A stretch of 64,000 bases of DNA from contig JAIVFI010000009.1 of the NCBI GenBank assembly GCA_025558095.1, positions 558,001-622,000 on the forward strand, written 5' to 3'. The notes beneath the pieces were generated by a model. That model made no database searches, was not told the origin of the DNA, and saw only the letters and a program-made list of their open reading frames with translations. Each line of letters opens with the position of its first letter. Positions within the stretch are counted from its first letter, which is position 1. The stretch comes from Hyaloraphidium curvatum SAG 235-1. Taxonomy: Eukaryota > Fungi > Monoblepharomycota. Shown piece by piece: positions 23,572 through 35,582 of the stretch. Both the position numbers and the translations under genes were made by a program.

Positions 23572-24233
23572 ATGGCGGCGATGCAGTCGGCGAAGCTTGC
23601 CGTGAACTGCATAGGCATCATTGGCAAGCAGGTCAAGATTGCCTCCGGACCGCCTTTCCTCGGGAACAGCGCGCCTGACGCGCGATCGGCCGAACAGAAT
23701 GAACCCATCTTCATCAAGAACTTCACGTCCCAGCCGGAGCTCAAGTACCACTATCTCTGCCACATTTCGTTGGACGTCGTCGAGGAACGGAGTCTGTGGC
23801 TGCGGTGGCCGTGGACGTGACTTCTGAGCTCACACGGCGTGTCCGTTAGTCGCTGCCTTGGGAGGCAGGTTCAACGATCTGTACCTCGGTCTCCTGACTT
23901 CTATCGAGGACCTCGCAATGTTGGTTTGTGTTAGACGCTTCTCGGCACCGGATTCTGAGCGCATTGGGACAGCTACGGTTACATGACAAACACGAAGATC
24001 AAGTTCATCGTGATTGTCCAGCTCACGGACGCCCTCATCAAGGATGCGGACGTCAAGAGCGTGAGTTTTGCTCTCCTCAGGGCCCCTGTGCTTTGCTGAC
24101 GGGATCTATTTAGCTTTTCCGCCGCATCCACGCCGCGTACGTGAACTTGGTCTCGAATCCTTTCTTCGATCTGGACACGAATCGTCCCATCTCTCCCAAA
24201 TGGACTACCGTCATCGAAGCCGTCGGGCGATAG
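23572..24233 (+). CDS. TRAPPC2L: TRAPP complex subunit 2-like (sedlin/longin fold)
   Basis: IGIIGKQNEPIFI, HISLDVVEER, DLYLGLL, YGYMTNTKIKFIV, FRRIHAAYVNLVSNPF; 4 introns. Confidence 0.92.
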
Positions 24234-24410
24234 CTCACAACTGGCCTGGAAAGGACGTGCCGTTTTGCGATACCCGCTATGAGGATTCCACGCCAGAACG
24301 TGATGCGGTCCCGGAAGGCGCCTTCGTTGATGGATGGACAAGGAAGAGCACCGAGAAGTGCCCGATACCCAGGAGATCTATGTCATCACAATTTCGTCAA
24401 TATGGACATC

Positions 24411-26672
24411 TCACGCCTTCCGTGGTTCCAGCTGGTCAAGCTGCTTCATCAGGTCCCAGTCGATCTCTTCATGTTCGACAACCTCCTCTTCCGACTCATG
24501 CAGTACTTTGTTCGCGGCTGCCTTGCGAGCACGGGCAAGAGGATCCGCTTCTTCAATGAGCTTCCTGGCGTCTGCTCCTTCCAGAGCCCAGATCTCAATG
24601 TCCAGGATCTCAAAGGCAACAGAAAAGTCCTTAAGCCTATTCCCCGTGCGCGTCCGCGAGTACGCATACGTGGAGAGATTGTGGCGGATCGGCCTCTGCT
24701 GGTACGTGCCGAACCGGAAGTCACGATCGAGCCTGATCCTCGCGGTTTCTTCGTTGTGCCCGCCGAAGGAAACGCCGGTCTGCGGTGAATACCGCGCAAA
24801 GTCCAGGAGCTGCATGGTAGAGTTGAAGACCTCGAAGAACGGTTCGAGCTCGAAGACCTTGCTCTCCTCGGACCCGAAGGTGTTTCCGAACGCATTCCAC
24901 GGTCTGGGAATGTAAGCCCCGAGCGTGATCTGCTCGACAAAGGGAGTGCCGAGAGTCTGATCCTTGATCGCCTTCCCTGAAACGAGGAGCATTGTGGAGC
25001 CCAAATAGCCGCACACCGCCTTTTCGAACATCTGCGTGCTGAATCCAATCTCGCTGGCCGAGTACAGGAGCGACCACAGAGCCTGGACGGGCTTGCCCTG
25101 CGCCTTGGCGACCGATCTTGCTACTCTAGGGGGAATCACGTTGTTGAGCAGCCACGCATGATGCGGGCGCAGGAGCTTCCCGCGGATATCGCAGATGGTC
25201 GCGGGGATGGTGAGCTCCGGCATCAAGTCGATCACGGGTGACACGAGGTCGCTCGGATCCATTTGCCCATCGGTCTGCGCCTTGTTCATCCTCTCTTCGA
25301 GATCGCGGACCAGTTCGAATGGCAGGAACTGCAGGCTCAAGAAGCGGTCCCTCATGAACGAGACAACTGGGACAAAGAGGTTCTGACCCTGGCTGGAGAG
25401 CCAGATCTTGAGCTCCGTGACTGTGATCTGCTCGTGCGCTTGGAAATCCCCGGACTCGTTGATTACCAAGCCCGCCTTGCCCGCGTACCGGAAAATCTGG
25501 TCAGCGGTTCTCACCGCGGTTTTGCGGCGTACATGTTCGGCGGCATCGGGCACCGCCAGCTTCGACCACGTCGTTGCTGTCGAGTCGCGCCCTCCGTAAC
25601 CCCTGCTGGCCTTCCACGAAGAGTAGGACATGCGACGATCTTCAGCTCGCCCCCTTTCGGGGACTTTCTTTCCGAAGAGGGACTCTAGGAGCAGGTACTT
25701 TGACGTTGCGAACCATGCAAAGAACTCCAGCAGTTTGACGACGTCTCCGTGCGTCAGGAAGAGCTTCTCGTCCTCTGGTTTCTCCGTGATTGTCTTGTCT
25801 GCCGCAACGACGAAGGACATGCTAGCCTTGCGGCGGGAGTAAGGCTTCCCCTGTTTCGTGCGTTCCCGCACGACCTTGTACACGTGTTCGTTGTTCGCTT
25901 GAAGCTGCGCAAGGGACATGGTCGTGGCGAGGAACGCTGCGTCGGTGCCTTTGGAGGCTTCCTCGGGCCGATCCTTGTCAGCCTCCCAAGCTGTTTCCGC
26001 AGTGTCTGGCCGCTCATCTTCCTCGTCGGCCGCGGAGCCCTCCCCTCCTTCTGCCACGCATTTTGAGTGGCAGAACAAGTCCAAGACAGGAAGCAGAGCT
26101 TTCGAATCGGTGGGATCCAGGAGTGCCAAGGGCACGACTGTGTGCAGGAACGCATGATACGAGACGGTGTTTGGATCCAGCTCCTTTGGCACTTGCCCAG
26201 GATGGAAGTGGTTGGAATGGTCTCTGAAACAGGACAGGAAATGCCTCGAGAGACTTTCGGGAACCTGCAGATATCGCTGGAGGAACCGGCATCAGGAACG
26301 GCAGCGTGGCTTGGGGAAGGGTTCCCGGCTTGCCTCGAGGGAGTCCGTCGAGATGCCGATGCCTTCCCTGGCCATCTCCTCCATGTTCCAATCATCGTGG
26401 ATCCCCGGCACTGGAACGCTGTTTGAGGCTTCGTTCCCTTCCAGCTTTGTGAGGTAGCCGAACACGGCCCGGGCCGTCTTGCGTTCGCTCGCGGAAAGCA
26501 GGGACTCGAGCTCCGCGACGCATGCGACGGGAGTAAAAGCTGAACTTGCAGTGTTTAAACTAGGCGAGAACGGCAGCGTGGATTGCTTTCGTAGTGCCCC
26601 GGGTGTGGGCAAGTACCGGCGACCGAGGCACGCGCAGCATCCTGAGCCTTCGGTCTCGACGGCAGCGCCCAT
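24411..26672 (-). CDS. RTC5: N-acylated TLDc-domain protein (Rtc5/mEAK-7-like V-ATPase regulator)
   Basis: N-terminal MGAAV..GCCAC; TLDc WSLLYSASEIGFS..LLVSG..LGAYIPRPW..FGSEESKVFELEP..FGG..EIWAL; GC-AG intron 26277-26333. Confidence 0.8.
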
Positions 26673-26874
26673 GTATCGACCCAGGAATTGGGCTTTGAAT
26701 CTCCCGCCCCACCGATTCCCCGCTCAAGTCTTCTTTTCGGATTCGGTCGAGCGAGAATTGCAGGGGGTTCAGCTCGGTTGCCAAAACTGTTTGCATCGGC
26801 CACCAGAACGCGTCCCCTCACATCCTGACGCGTCGCCGGCCCGATCTTGAGGGAACGACGGCGAATTCATTGCC

Positions 26875-28185
26875 ATGGACGATTACGAGACTCGATTCGC
26901 CGATATCAGGGCCAAGCTGTCCCATTTGAAGGCTTCCCTGGAGCCCTCCTCATTCCAGAGCTTCGAAGTCCCCTTCGGAGAATGGGTGACTGCATCGTGC
27001 CCGGCGCGCTTGGATTTCAGCGGCGGTTGGTCGGACACTCCTCCAATCTGCTACGAACATGGCGGAGCAGTTGTTACGTGCGCCGTGACGGTGGACGGCG
27101 AAAGGCCGATCCAAGCGGCGTGTCGAAGGATCGCCGATTCCGTGATCCGGCTTGAATCGACGTCAAACTCCAGCACGGGAACGCAGTCGCAAACATTAGA
27201 ACTTTCCGATTTGGACGGATTCCGGAGCTACTCCGATCCCGCGGCGTCCTGTTCTCTCCTTTGTGCAGTTATCGTAGGGCTCGGCGTGGTCGATCCCGAG
27301 GCGAGGCTTCCTCTTCAGGACCAACTTGCCGGACTCTGGAAGTTGGGACCGCGCCGCGGTGGCCTCGAAATGCGTACCAGTGTGGCGCTTCCGATCGGGT
27401 CGGGACTGGGCACCTCCTCGATCCTAATATCGGCAGCGTTGGCGGCGCTGGGAGGTCTTGTCGGGCGGCCGTTTCACCTGGATAAGCCGGGACTGGAGCG
27501 CCTTGTGCACGGCACTCTCTACATTGAGCAGCTTCTGTCGACGGGAGGAGGTTGGCAGGACCAAATCGGCGGGGTGTATCCGGGTGTAAAGCTCTCGACA
27601 TGCTCTCCCGCCCTGCCTCTTCGCGTGGACACTCAAGTTATGGACCTTCCGAAATCGGTTCTCGACGAGCTGTCGTCGCGCCTGTGCCTTGTTTACACCG
27701 GGAGCCAAAGACTTGCCAAGAATCTGCTGCGAGACGTCGTCACCGGCTGGTGGTACGGCCGCGGCCCCGATGGCAAGACCGAGGGTCACGACGGTGACCT
27801 CGGCTCCGTGAAGGCAGCTCTAGACGACCTGGTGGCCGGAGCCGTGCGCTGCGGAAGCGCTCTCAAGGAAGCCGACTGGACACGTTTCTCGACAGAAATT
27901 GGACGCTATTGGGAGCTGAAGCGGTACTTGGCCAACCCTGACGTTGCTGAGCCGCCCGCAGTCCGTCGCTTTATCGAGCGAATGAGGAACGAGCTCGGCT
28001 TTACTGCAGCAAGCTTCGCCGGCGCTGGTGGGGGCGGGTTTCTTTACGCATTTTGTCCAAAGGCATGGTCAAAGGACGCTGTCGCAGCGCTTGCATCGGA
28101 GCTCTTGCCGGACGCCAAGGTTTTTTCGGCCAAGGTGGACGATCTGGGGCTGCAGGTGGAAATCAGCAAGCAACAGCTATTCTGA
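26875..28185 (+). CDS. L-fucokinase-like GHMP kinase (kinase domain only)
   Basis: CPARLDFSGGWSDTPP, LPIGSGLGTSSIL, EQLLSTGGGWQDQIGG, YTGSQRLAKNLL, AGAGGGGF; intronless, 436 aa. Confidence 0.88.
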   Translation: MDDYETRFADIRAKLSHLKASLEPSSFQSFEVPFGEWVTASCPARLDFSGGWSDTPPICYEHGGAVVTCAVTVDGERPIQAACRRIADSVIRLESTSNSSTGTQSQTLELSDLDGFRSYSDPAASCSLLCAVIVGLGVVDPEARLPLQDQLAGLWKLGPRRGGLEMRTSVALPIGSGLGTSSILISAALAALGGLVGRPFHLDKPGLERLVHGTLYIEQLLSTGGGWQDQIGGVYPGVKLSTCSPALPLRVDTQVMDLPKSVLDELSSRLCLVYTGSQRLAKNLLRDVVTGWWYGRGPDGKTEGHDGDLGSVKAALDDLVAGAVRCGSALKEADWTRFSTEIGRYWELKRYLANPDVAEPPAVRRFIERMRNELGFTAASFAGAGGGGFLYAFCPKAWSKDAVAALASELLPDAKVFSAKVDDLGLQVEISKQQLF

Positions 28186-28218
28186 GTTGTATCATTCCGT
28201 GCATTCCATGCGTACAAA

Positions 28219-31200
28219 CTACGCTAGATTATTGACCGGCGTCATGCTTAACGATCGGGTATCACGCGACAGCACATCGTGCGCCTCGGTAAAGCGCTTT
28301 CGAAGCTCAACAAACGTCCGGATGGTATCTTCCCGCTTCCGCAGCACGCCGTCAATCTCGTTCATCTCCCGCTTCAACCGTGACAAGACCGAGTCCCTGT
28401 CGCGACGGACGGATTCCCTGTCGTGCACCGCCCTGTCCAGCTCTTCCTGCAAGTGTTGCACCGTGGCACGTAGTCTGGCGCATTCATCCTCCATCGCGAG
28501 CGAGGACTGAGTTGGTGCCGAACCCTGCGACCTCGTCACAGCCCGGCGAAGCTCCTGCTCTTCCTCCATGCTCCGCTCCAGCGCGACCTTGAGCGACGCC
28601 AAGTCCTCCTTGAGCTGCGAATTCATGGCGGTGATCTGCTCGTTGTAGAGCCTGGTCTGCTCTGACTCGGACACGAGCTCTTTGAAACGCCGGTTCAGCT
28701 CGACGAGCTCCTCGACAAGACCGGCCTTGTCCTGCTCGAGTGCGAGCTTGTCCGTCTTTAGCTGCAGGTTCTCGGTCGACGCTGCAGCGGCCGCATCCTC
28801 AAGGGCCATGGCGTCCTGGCGCTCTGCTTCCAGCTGGGACCGGATGCTGGCGTTTTCTTCGCGCAGCACTGCCACCTCGGTGTGGACCTGCAGGAGAGCG
28901 CGGTACTTGTCCTCCAAAGCACGTGCCTCGCCAGCCAATCGGGCAAGCTCGCGGTCGTGGTCCTCCGCCTGCTGAATCAGACGCTTGCGCGAGTCCTCCG
29001 CTTGCTGCTCGAAGCGGTCCCGCTCCAGGGTGCGCTCCCTAAGCCGCCGCTCGAAATCGGTCCTCATGAGCTCCCACTTTTGCCGATCGGCTTGCCGCTC
29101 GCCCTTGGCATCGGCAAGGCGCTCCGTAAGGTCCCGGAGGTCCTCCAATAAGGTCGTGATCTGGTCCGAGTCGGCCTTGTGGCCCTGTTCCGAATCATGG
29201 AGCCGCCGCTTGATTTCATTGCGCTCCTCGCGGAGCTCGGCGATGCGCCGGTTTGCCTCCTCGAGGTTCTGCCGGAAAAAGGCAACCTCCTGTCGCAGCT
29301 TCTCCGTCTCGGACGACGTCTGGCCGAGCAACCGGATCTGCTGCTGCAGCTGCATGACTTCCTCGTGCAGGGTCCGGTTCTGCGTCCTCATGGTCGCGAC
29401 TTGGTTGTCCATCGCCTCCTTTTCGAAGCGGAGATCGGCGACCACGCCCTCCAGCGCGGAAGCCTGACGGGATTCGGCGAGCTCCCGCTCCAGGTCGTTG
29501 ACGCGATGGGTGACCGTGTCGGCAATGTAGGTGGCCCGCACGAGCTGCTCGCGGAGGTGATGGATTTCGGCAGAAGCATTCTCCAGCGACTTGCGGAGCG
29601 CCGAGTCCAAGGCTTCGCCCGCGGCTGCGACGTCCTTGGAGAACTGAGACCTGTCAATGCCAAAAGTGCCGAAAACGTTCTGCAGTTCGTCCAGAACCTT
29701 CCAGCTGCGCGAGACGTTCTCTCTGACGAGACCGCCGAGCTCCTCCCATGCCGACTCGTTCAGCGTTGCAGCGCTCGACGCCGGGCTTCGTGCTTCCGCG
29801 AGGTGCAGGTGGTGCTCCATGTCCTTGAGAGACGCCACAAGCCTTTCGCGATCCTGCTCCAGTTCGCGCCGCTCCAGATCCAATACTGCCAGCCTCTGCG
29901 ACACCTGATCGAAGTCGTCCTTGGCAATCCTCGCCTCCTCCTTCGCACTGTCCAGAGACTGCTGCAGATCCGAGCTCTTGGCCCGCTCGGATGCGAGCAG
30001 GCCGCCGAGGCTGTCGCGCTCCAGGTTCAGCTCGACGAACGCGGCTTCTCGGTCGTCGAGCCTGTCCATGAGTTTCTTGCGCTCCGCCTCGAACTCGGAG
30101 GTCCGTTGCAGTAGCGCGGTCTCGGTGCGCCGCAGCTCCGCGTCCAGTTCGCCGAGTCGAGTGGCGAGTTCCGCCTCGCGTCGCTCTGCTGCAAGCTTGG
30201 CAGTGCGCAGCTCCTCTTCGCCGACCGCCACGGCACGTGCCCTCGCATCGGCATCCTCGACGGCGCGCTCCATGTCCTGTGCCCTCTGTGCCCTCTGCTC
30301 CACAACCTCCAGCGCCCGTCTCGATTCCTCGAGCTCGCTCGCCAGCACCGTGCGCGCCGACGCCGCCTCCTCGGCCGCACGCTCCGCGGCCTTGAGCTGC
30401 TCACGGAGCGATGCCAACTCCGCCCCGGCGTCGCCTTCAACCAATTCAAGGCGACCCTTGAGCTCCTCGACGGAACGCAGCAGGTCCGTGCGGATGCCCT
30501 CGGCATCCGCGAGCCGCATCTCGAGGTCTTCGCGCATTGAGTCCAGGTCTGAAGCTGAAGCCCTCGCCGCTTCCAGCTCCGCCTCTAACGCGGCCCTCTG
30601 CTCTAAGAGCCGCGCAATCTCGTCGTGCATGGCCTGCACGTCAGCCTCCGCGAGGCCGGAAGGCTCGGCCGCGTCGGCGCCCTGGGCGCGCAGGGACGCA
30701 ATCTCCAGCTGCAGACCCTCGCGCGCCTCCTCCGATTCCCGAAGCCGACGCAGGAGGTCCTCGCCCGCCGCCAATGCGTCGTCCCGCGCCTCCGAGACGA
30801 CCCTTAGCTCCTCTTCCAGTCCCGCCTTTTCCTCACCCAGGCGTTCCACCTCGCGCTGGAGCGCCTCAGCCTCGGCGCTGCCGCCTTCCCGCGCGGCAGC
30901 GAGCTCCGCGTCCCTCTCGGAGAGCTGCGCCGCCACGTCGTTCACGCGCTCCGAGAGCTCCGTGACCCTGCGCTCGGAGTCGTCGGCCATGCTCCGCGCG
31001 AGGCCCTCGGCGCGCTCGAGATCCGAGCGCAGCTGCTCCAGCAGCCGGTCCTTTTCCGCGAGCTGCTCCAGCAAGGCCGGGTCGGGCGAAGTCCGTGAGG
31101 GGCTGGGAAGGCCGTCGTCTCTCGCCGCCGAAACGTCCGCTGCCGGCGCCGAGGTTCCCTGCTCCGGCGCTGAAGAAGCCTGCGCCACAAGCTGCTCCCG

Positions 31201-33510
31201 CAACCGCACAATCTCGGCCTCCTTCTCCCTCTCCACCAGCGCCTTGGCCTTCTTGAGCCCCGCGTTCTCGGCCAGCAGCTGCCCCAGCCTCTTTGTCTGC
31301 TGCCTGCTCACCTCGGACGCCCTCGACTTTTCCGGCGACCCCGGCACGCTCCTGCTCCCCGCCGTCCCCGCGGCGGCGTTGATCAGCCCCAGCTGCCTGA
31401 TCTGTTCCTCCTGCCTCCTCGCCGCCTGCTGAGCCTCGAGCAGCGCGGCCTGCAGCACGCGGTACTTGTCCGCCCACGACCCTTTGCGCCGCTCCGCGGG
31501 CGGCCGCCCGAGCTCCTCCACGCTCCGCGCCAGCGACGCCGAGGTCTCCGCCACCTCGGCGCGCACCCTCGCCGCGCCGCCCTCGAGCTCCGCCACGCGC
31601 GCGTGCAGCCGCGCGTTTTCGTCCGCCGCGGCCCGAAGCGCGGTGCCAAGGTCGGCGAGCTGCGCGGCAAAGTGCTCGTCCGAGGGGGACAGCGGGGTCG
31701 CCGAGGGCGGGCGGTCCGGGGGAGGGTCGGTCGACGTGCCGCGCTCCGAAGTCCGCGTGGGGGGGCGGTCGGCATCCATGGAGCCGCGGGCGGAGGAGGG
31801 GGTGGCCGATGGGGCTCGCGGGGGGAGCTGGGCCTCGGGTCCGGCGTCTCCCGCGGGGCTGGCCTGCCGCTCGGCGCGCAAGGCGGACAGCTCCGCCTCC
31901 CTTTCCGCCAAGGTGTTTACCAGCGCCGCGTGCGCGGCACCAAAGTCGCGGAGCTGCCCCTGCAGCACCCCGCACTCGTCCCTGGCGAGCTCCAGGTCCC
32001 CGTCGGCCGCGGCGGCGCGCTCCTCGGCCTCGGCGAGGCGGCGCGCGAGGTCCTCGGCTTCCGCTTGCGCGCCGGCAAGGCGCGACTCGAGATCAGCGAC
32101 GGCGTCGGCGTTGTCCGCGGGTTGGGCGTCCTTGGCGGCCAGCCGGGCCTCGAGCTCGGCGATCGCCGCGTCCCGGTCCGCGATCTCGGCGTCCTTGGCC
32201 GCCAGCAGCGCGGCTCCGGCGTCACCGTCCGCAACCTGAGCGCGGAGCGCTTCGAGTTCCGCCGCCAGCGCGCCCTCCCGGTCCGCAGCAGCCGCGAGCT
32301 CCGCTGCGAGCTCGCCGGCACGGGCCGAGGCGGCCTCGGCCCGCACCTCGGCGTGCTGCAACTGCCTCCCGGCCTGCTCCAACTGCGCTGCCCCCTGCTC
32401 CGCCTGCGCCATCGCCTGCTCCAGCTGTCCCCTGGCCTGCTCCAGCTCCGCGGCGAGCCCTTCCAGCCGCGCCTCGACCTCCTCGAGCTCCCGCCTCCGT
32501 TCCCCGGCCAGCGACTCGGCGGCCACCAGCCTGTCCACGAGATCGGCAGCGCCGGGGTCCCCCGACGCGAGCGCGGCCTCGGCCTCGGCCGCGCGGGATT
32601 CGGCGGCCTCAAGCTGCTGCCGGAGAGACTCGGCCTCGGCCAGCCTCCCCTTCAGCTCCGCCACCTCCGCCTCTTTCTCCCTCAACGCTTCCCCCTCCCC
32701 CGCCCCCCTCGCAGCCGCCGCCTCCTCCAACCTCCCCGCCGCATCCTCGATCGCCCGCCCCATCTCCTCGCCGACCCCCTCCGGGCCCGCGCCCCGGATC
32801 CGCCGCGCGAGCCCGTGCAGGTCCACGGCGTCGGGGTGGCCCATTGCCGCCGCAAGGCGGGCGAGGGAGGCCAGGAGGCGCTTGCGGAAGGGGAGGTCGT
32901 CGGGTTGGGGGGTTTGTGAAGGTGGGGGGTGCTGGTGCCTGTGTTAGCAAGGTGACGGCGGCTGGCACGGGGTGGGGGTTACCTGTGTTTCTGGGGCGGA
33001 GTAGGCGGCCGAGGGCATTGCAAAGGCGTCGGGATCGATCTCGTCCCGAGGCACGTCGAAGCTGCGCCAAGATCAGCGCCTCGCGTGTTGGAAGCACCGG
33101 GGCAGCCCACCTCTGGCGCGCCTGCGCCACCAGCAGGTCCATTTCCGCCTCCTCCGGGCCCACAGCGCGGTCCAGCGAGGCGTAGTCGGCGGCCCACGCG
33201 GGGTCGGCGGGGGGTTCGAACTGCGGGGACGGCGCGGCGGGGAGGGCGGGCGGCGGCGGCGTCGCCGGCGGGGCCGACAGCGGCACGGCCTCGAAGCTGC
33301 CGGCGGGCTCGGCGGGAATGTATGCCGGCTGCGTCAACAAATGGTAACGGTCGGTTATATGGTGGTTGGGCAGTTAGGACCGCGAAACGGTTTCCGCGGG
33401 CCGCGCACCTCCGGCGCGTGCCGCGGCGGCGTCGCGGTGCGCTGCGTCTGGAAGCTCGTGAGCTTCTTCTTGGCCCGCGCGAGCTTCTCCTCGCGCGTCT
33501 CGCCCGCCAT
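28219..33510 (-). CDS. Very long coiled-coil protein, golgin-like (GM130-type N-terminus)
   Basis: A 1541-aa heptad-rich terminal exon, plus upstream exons starting at ATG 33510 (MAGETREEKLARAKKKLTSFQTQR) with GT-AG introns near 33325-33408, 33060-33110 and 32938-32982 (approximate). Confidence 0.75.
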
Positions 33511-34232
33511 GTTGCGAGTTTGACAGACGTCAAGTTGCGCGTGGCAGCGCTCCGCGACCACGGGAATACGAGAGGCCGACTCCGACCGATCACACCGGCC
33601 CGCTCGGCCTATCGAGCAGAGCAATGTGAATGAGAACAGCGCATGAATGGCCAAGAATGAAGCCTGGAGCTTTTGGGCGGACAATTTGCCCGCCTACTGT
33701 GGCTCGCCCTCCCAGTCTCCCCGATCGACGTGCAGCAGGGCTTCGGTCACCACTTGCCAATTCATTCGCCGCTCCCATGCCATTCCTTGTTGTATTCATC
33801 GAGCACGTCATTTGCGCGCGGTTTGCCTCCGCCGGGGCCTTTGTTTGGCGGGATCGGCTTCCCTCTGCCGACCGGCAGTCACCTGCCGGCCCGATCCCTC
33901 CGCAACCGTGTCGTCATCCCAAATCCGATGCTGCGATCCACCAAACGTTTCAAGCGATGCGACGGGATGGGCCGATCGGCCGCACTGCTGGTCTCGTGGT
34001 TCGCCGTCGGCGAAACGCACCGAACACCTTGGCACCGAACGCTGTCCGCGCACACATCTCCTACCGGACCGGCTCCTGCGAGCAATCCACCCGGCATCCC
34101 GCTTTTTGCACCTGTATCTCCCGGATGTGCCGACCGATCCGGTCCGCTGGCCGGTTGACGAGTGCTGTGCAGGGGCGAACTCGGCGAACTGTGACCTGCC
34201 TGCACGGGGACGGGCCGGGGGCCCAGACAACA

Positions 34233-35582
34233 ATGCCGCCTAACCCGCACTTCGAGCCGTCGGAGGCCGACCTCGCTCTGCTGCACCACGCGCTGCAGCT
34301 GCGGCCCGACCTGCTCGCGGCGATGCTGCCCGCCGCCGCCCCTCCGCCGCCCGGCTCGCGCGCGTGCGGGCTGCCCGGCTGCGGCGCCGCGATCCCGCCG
34401 TGCGCACCGGTGCCCGTCTTCCGCCACCGCAACCGCGTGCGCGTCGTCGTGTCGGCGCCGGGCGAGCCGCGGCTCAGGCTGGGCGAGGCCGTGACCGATG
34501 CCACGCAGTGCAGGGTCGCGGGGCACTACACGCAGGAACACAACGACGAGTCGTGGGTGGACCGCCGCCAGCGCTCCAGAATAACTGATGGGACTGATCG
34601 GGGCATCTGATGCCAGCCACCGGGTGTGCGACGAGTGCGGCAAGTCGGCGGGCTACGTCTGCCTGTTCCACCTCTCCGGGGTCGACGCCCCGCCCACGGA
34701 ACACCTTTGCTCCAAGTGCGGCGCCAAGCAGAGCGGGAACGAGATCGATCGCTGTGAGATGGGCCCGCTCCGACGCCCCTTTCCACACCCAGGATCGCTG
34801 ACGCCCCCCTCTCAACCCGCTTCTCAACTCGTTTCTCAACCCGCACGACAGCCCGCTCGCGCCTCGGCGACACCCGCTTCTCCCGGGGCCAGCCCTCCCG
34901 CGTCTCCAACCTCCAACAGCACCTCGCCGGCGAATCGCACTGCGGCCTGCCGCACTACCTCTGTCCCGTCTGCCCCGTCCCGCGGATGGGCGGCTTCGCG
35001 ACAAAGAGCGATTTCGCGAACCACTGCAAGACGGGGGAGCACGTGCAGAGGGCCGCCGGGGTGCTGGTGGGGGAGGTGGCGGGGATCGAGGGGGGGCTGG
35101 ACGACGACGACGGGAGGACGTGGGAGGGGAGCGGGAGCGAGGGGGAGGGGGAGGACGAGTTCGGATACGGTAGGTTGTCTGCTGGCCTGCGTTCCGTTGC
35201 CGCTTCGGGTTGCTGATTGCCCGTGCCCTGTCCTGCACTTGCCTTGGACGCCCACGACTCCTCCCCTTTGCCGATCTGCCGATTGCCGACCGCCCAGTCG
35301 ACCCGCACGCCCGCTGCGCCTGGACCCTCGCCCTCGCCTCCCCCCTCTCCCCCTCCCCCCTCGGCCCGCCTCCCACCGACTCAAGCAGCGCCTCGCTGCC
35401 CCACGGTGCCGACTCGGGGCCGCTGCCCTCGCTCTCGCAGGACAGCCTGGCGCCGTCGGCGACGGTGTCGCAGGACAGCGTGGCGGGTGCGATACCCAGT
35501 GAGTGGTCATGCCGTCCGTGCCGTGGGTGGCGGATAATGCTGACCGCCTTTGACAGGGGGGCTGCCGTGGGAACTGCCGTGA
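34233..35582 (+). CDS. Orphan multi-zinc-finger protein (C2H2 / U1-type-like fingers)
   Basis: Five exons join in frame: CGLPGC...HYTQEH; CDEC..CLFH; CSKC...NLQQHLAGESH; YLCPVCP..FATKSDFANHCKTGEH; acidic and S/P-rich tail ending LPWELP*. Confidence 0.65.
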
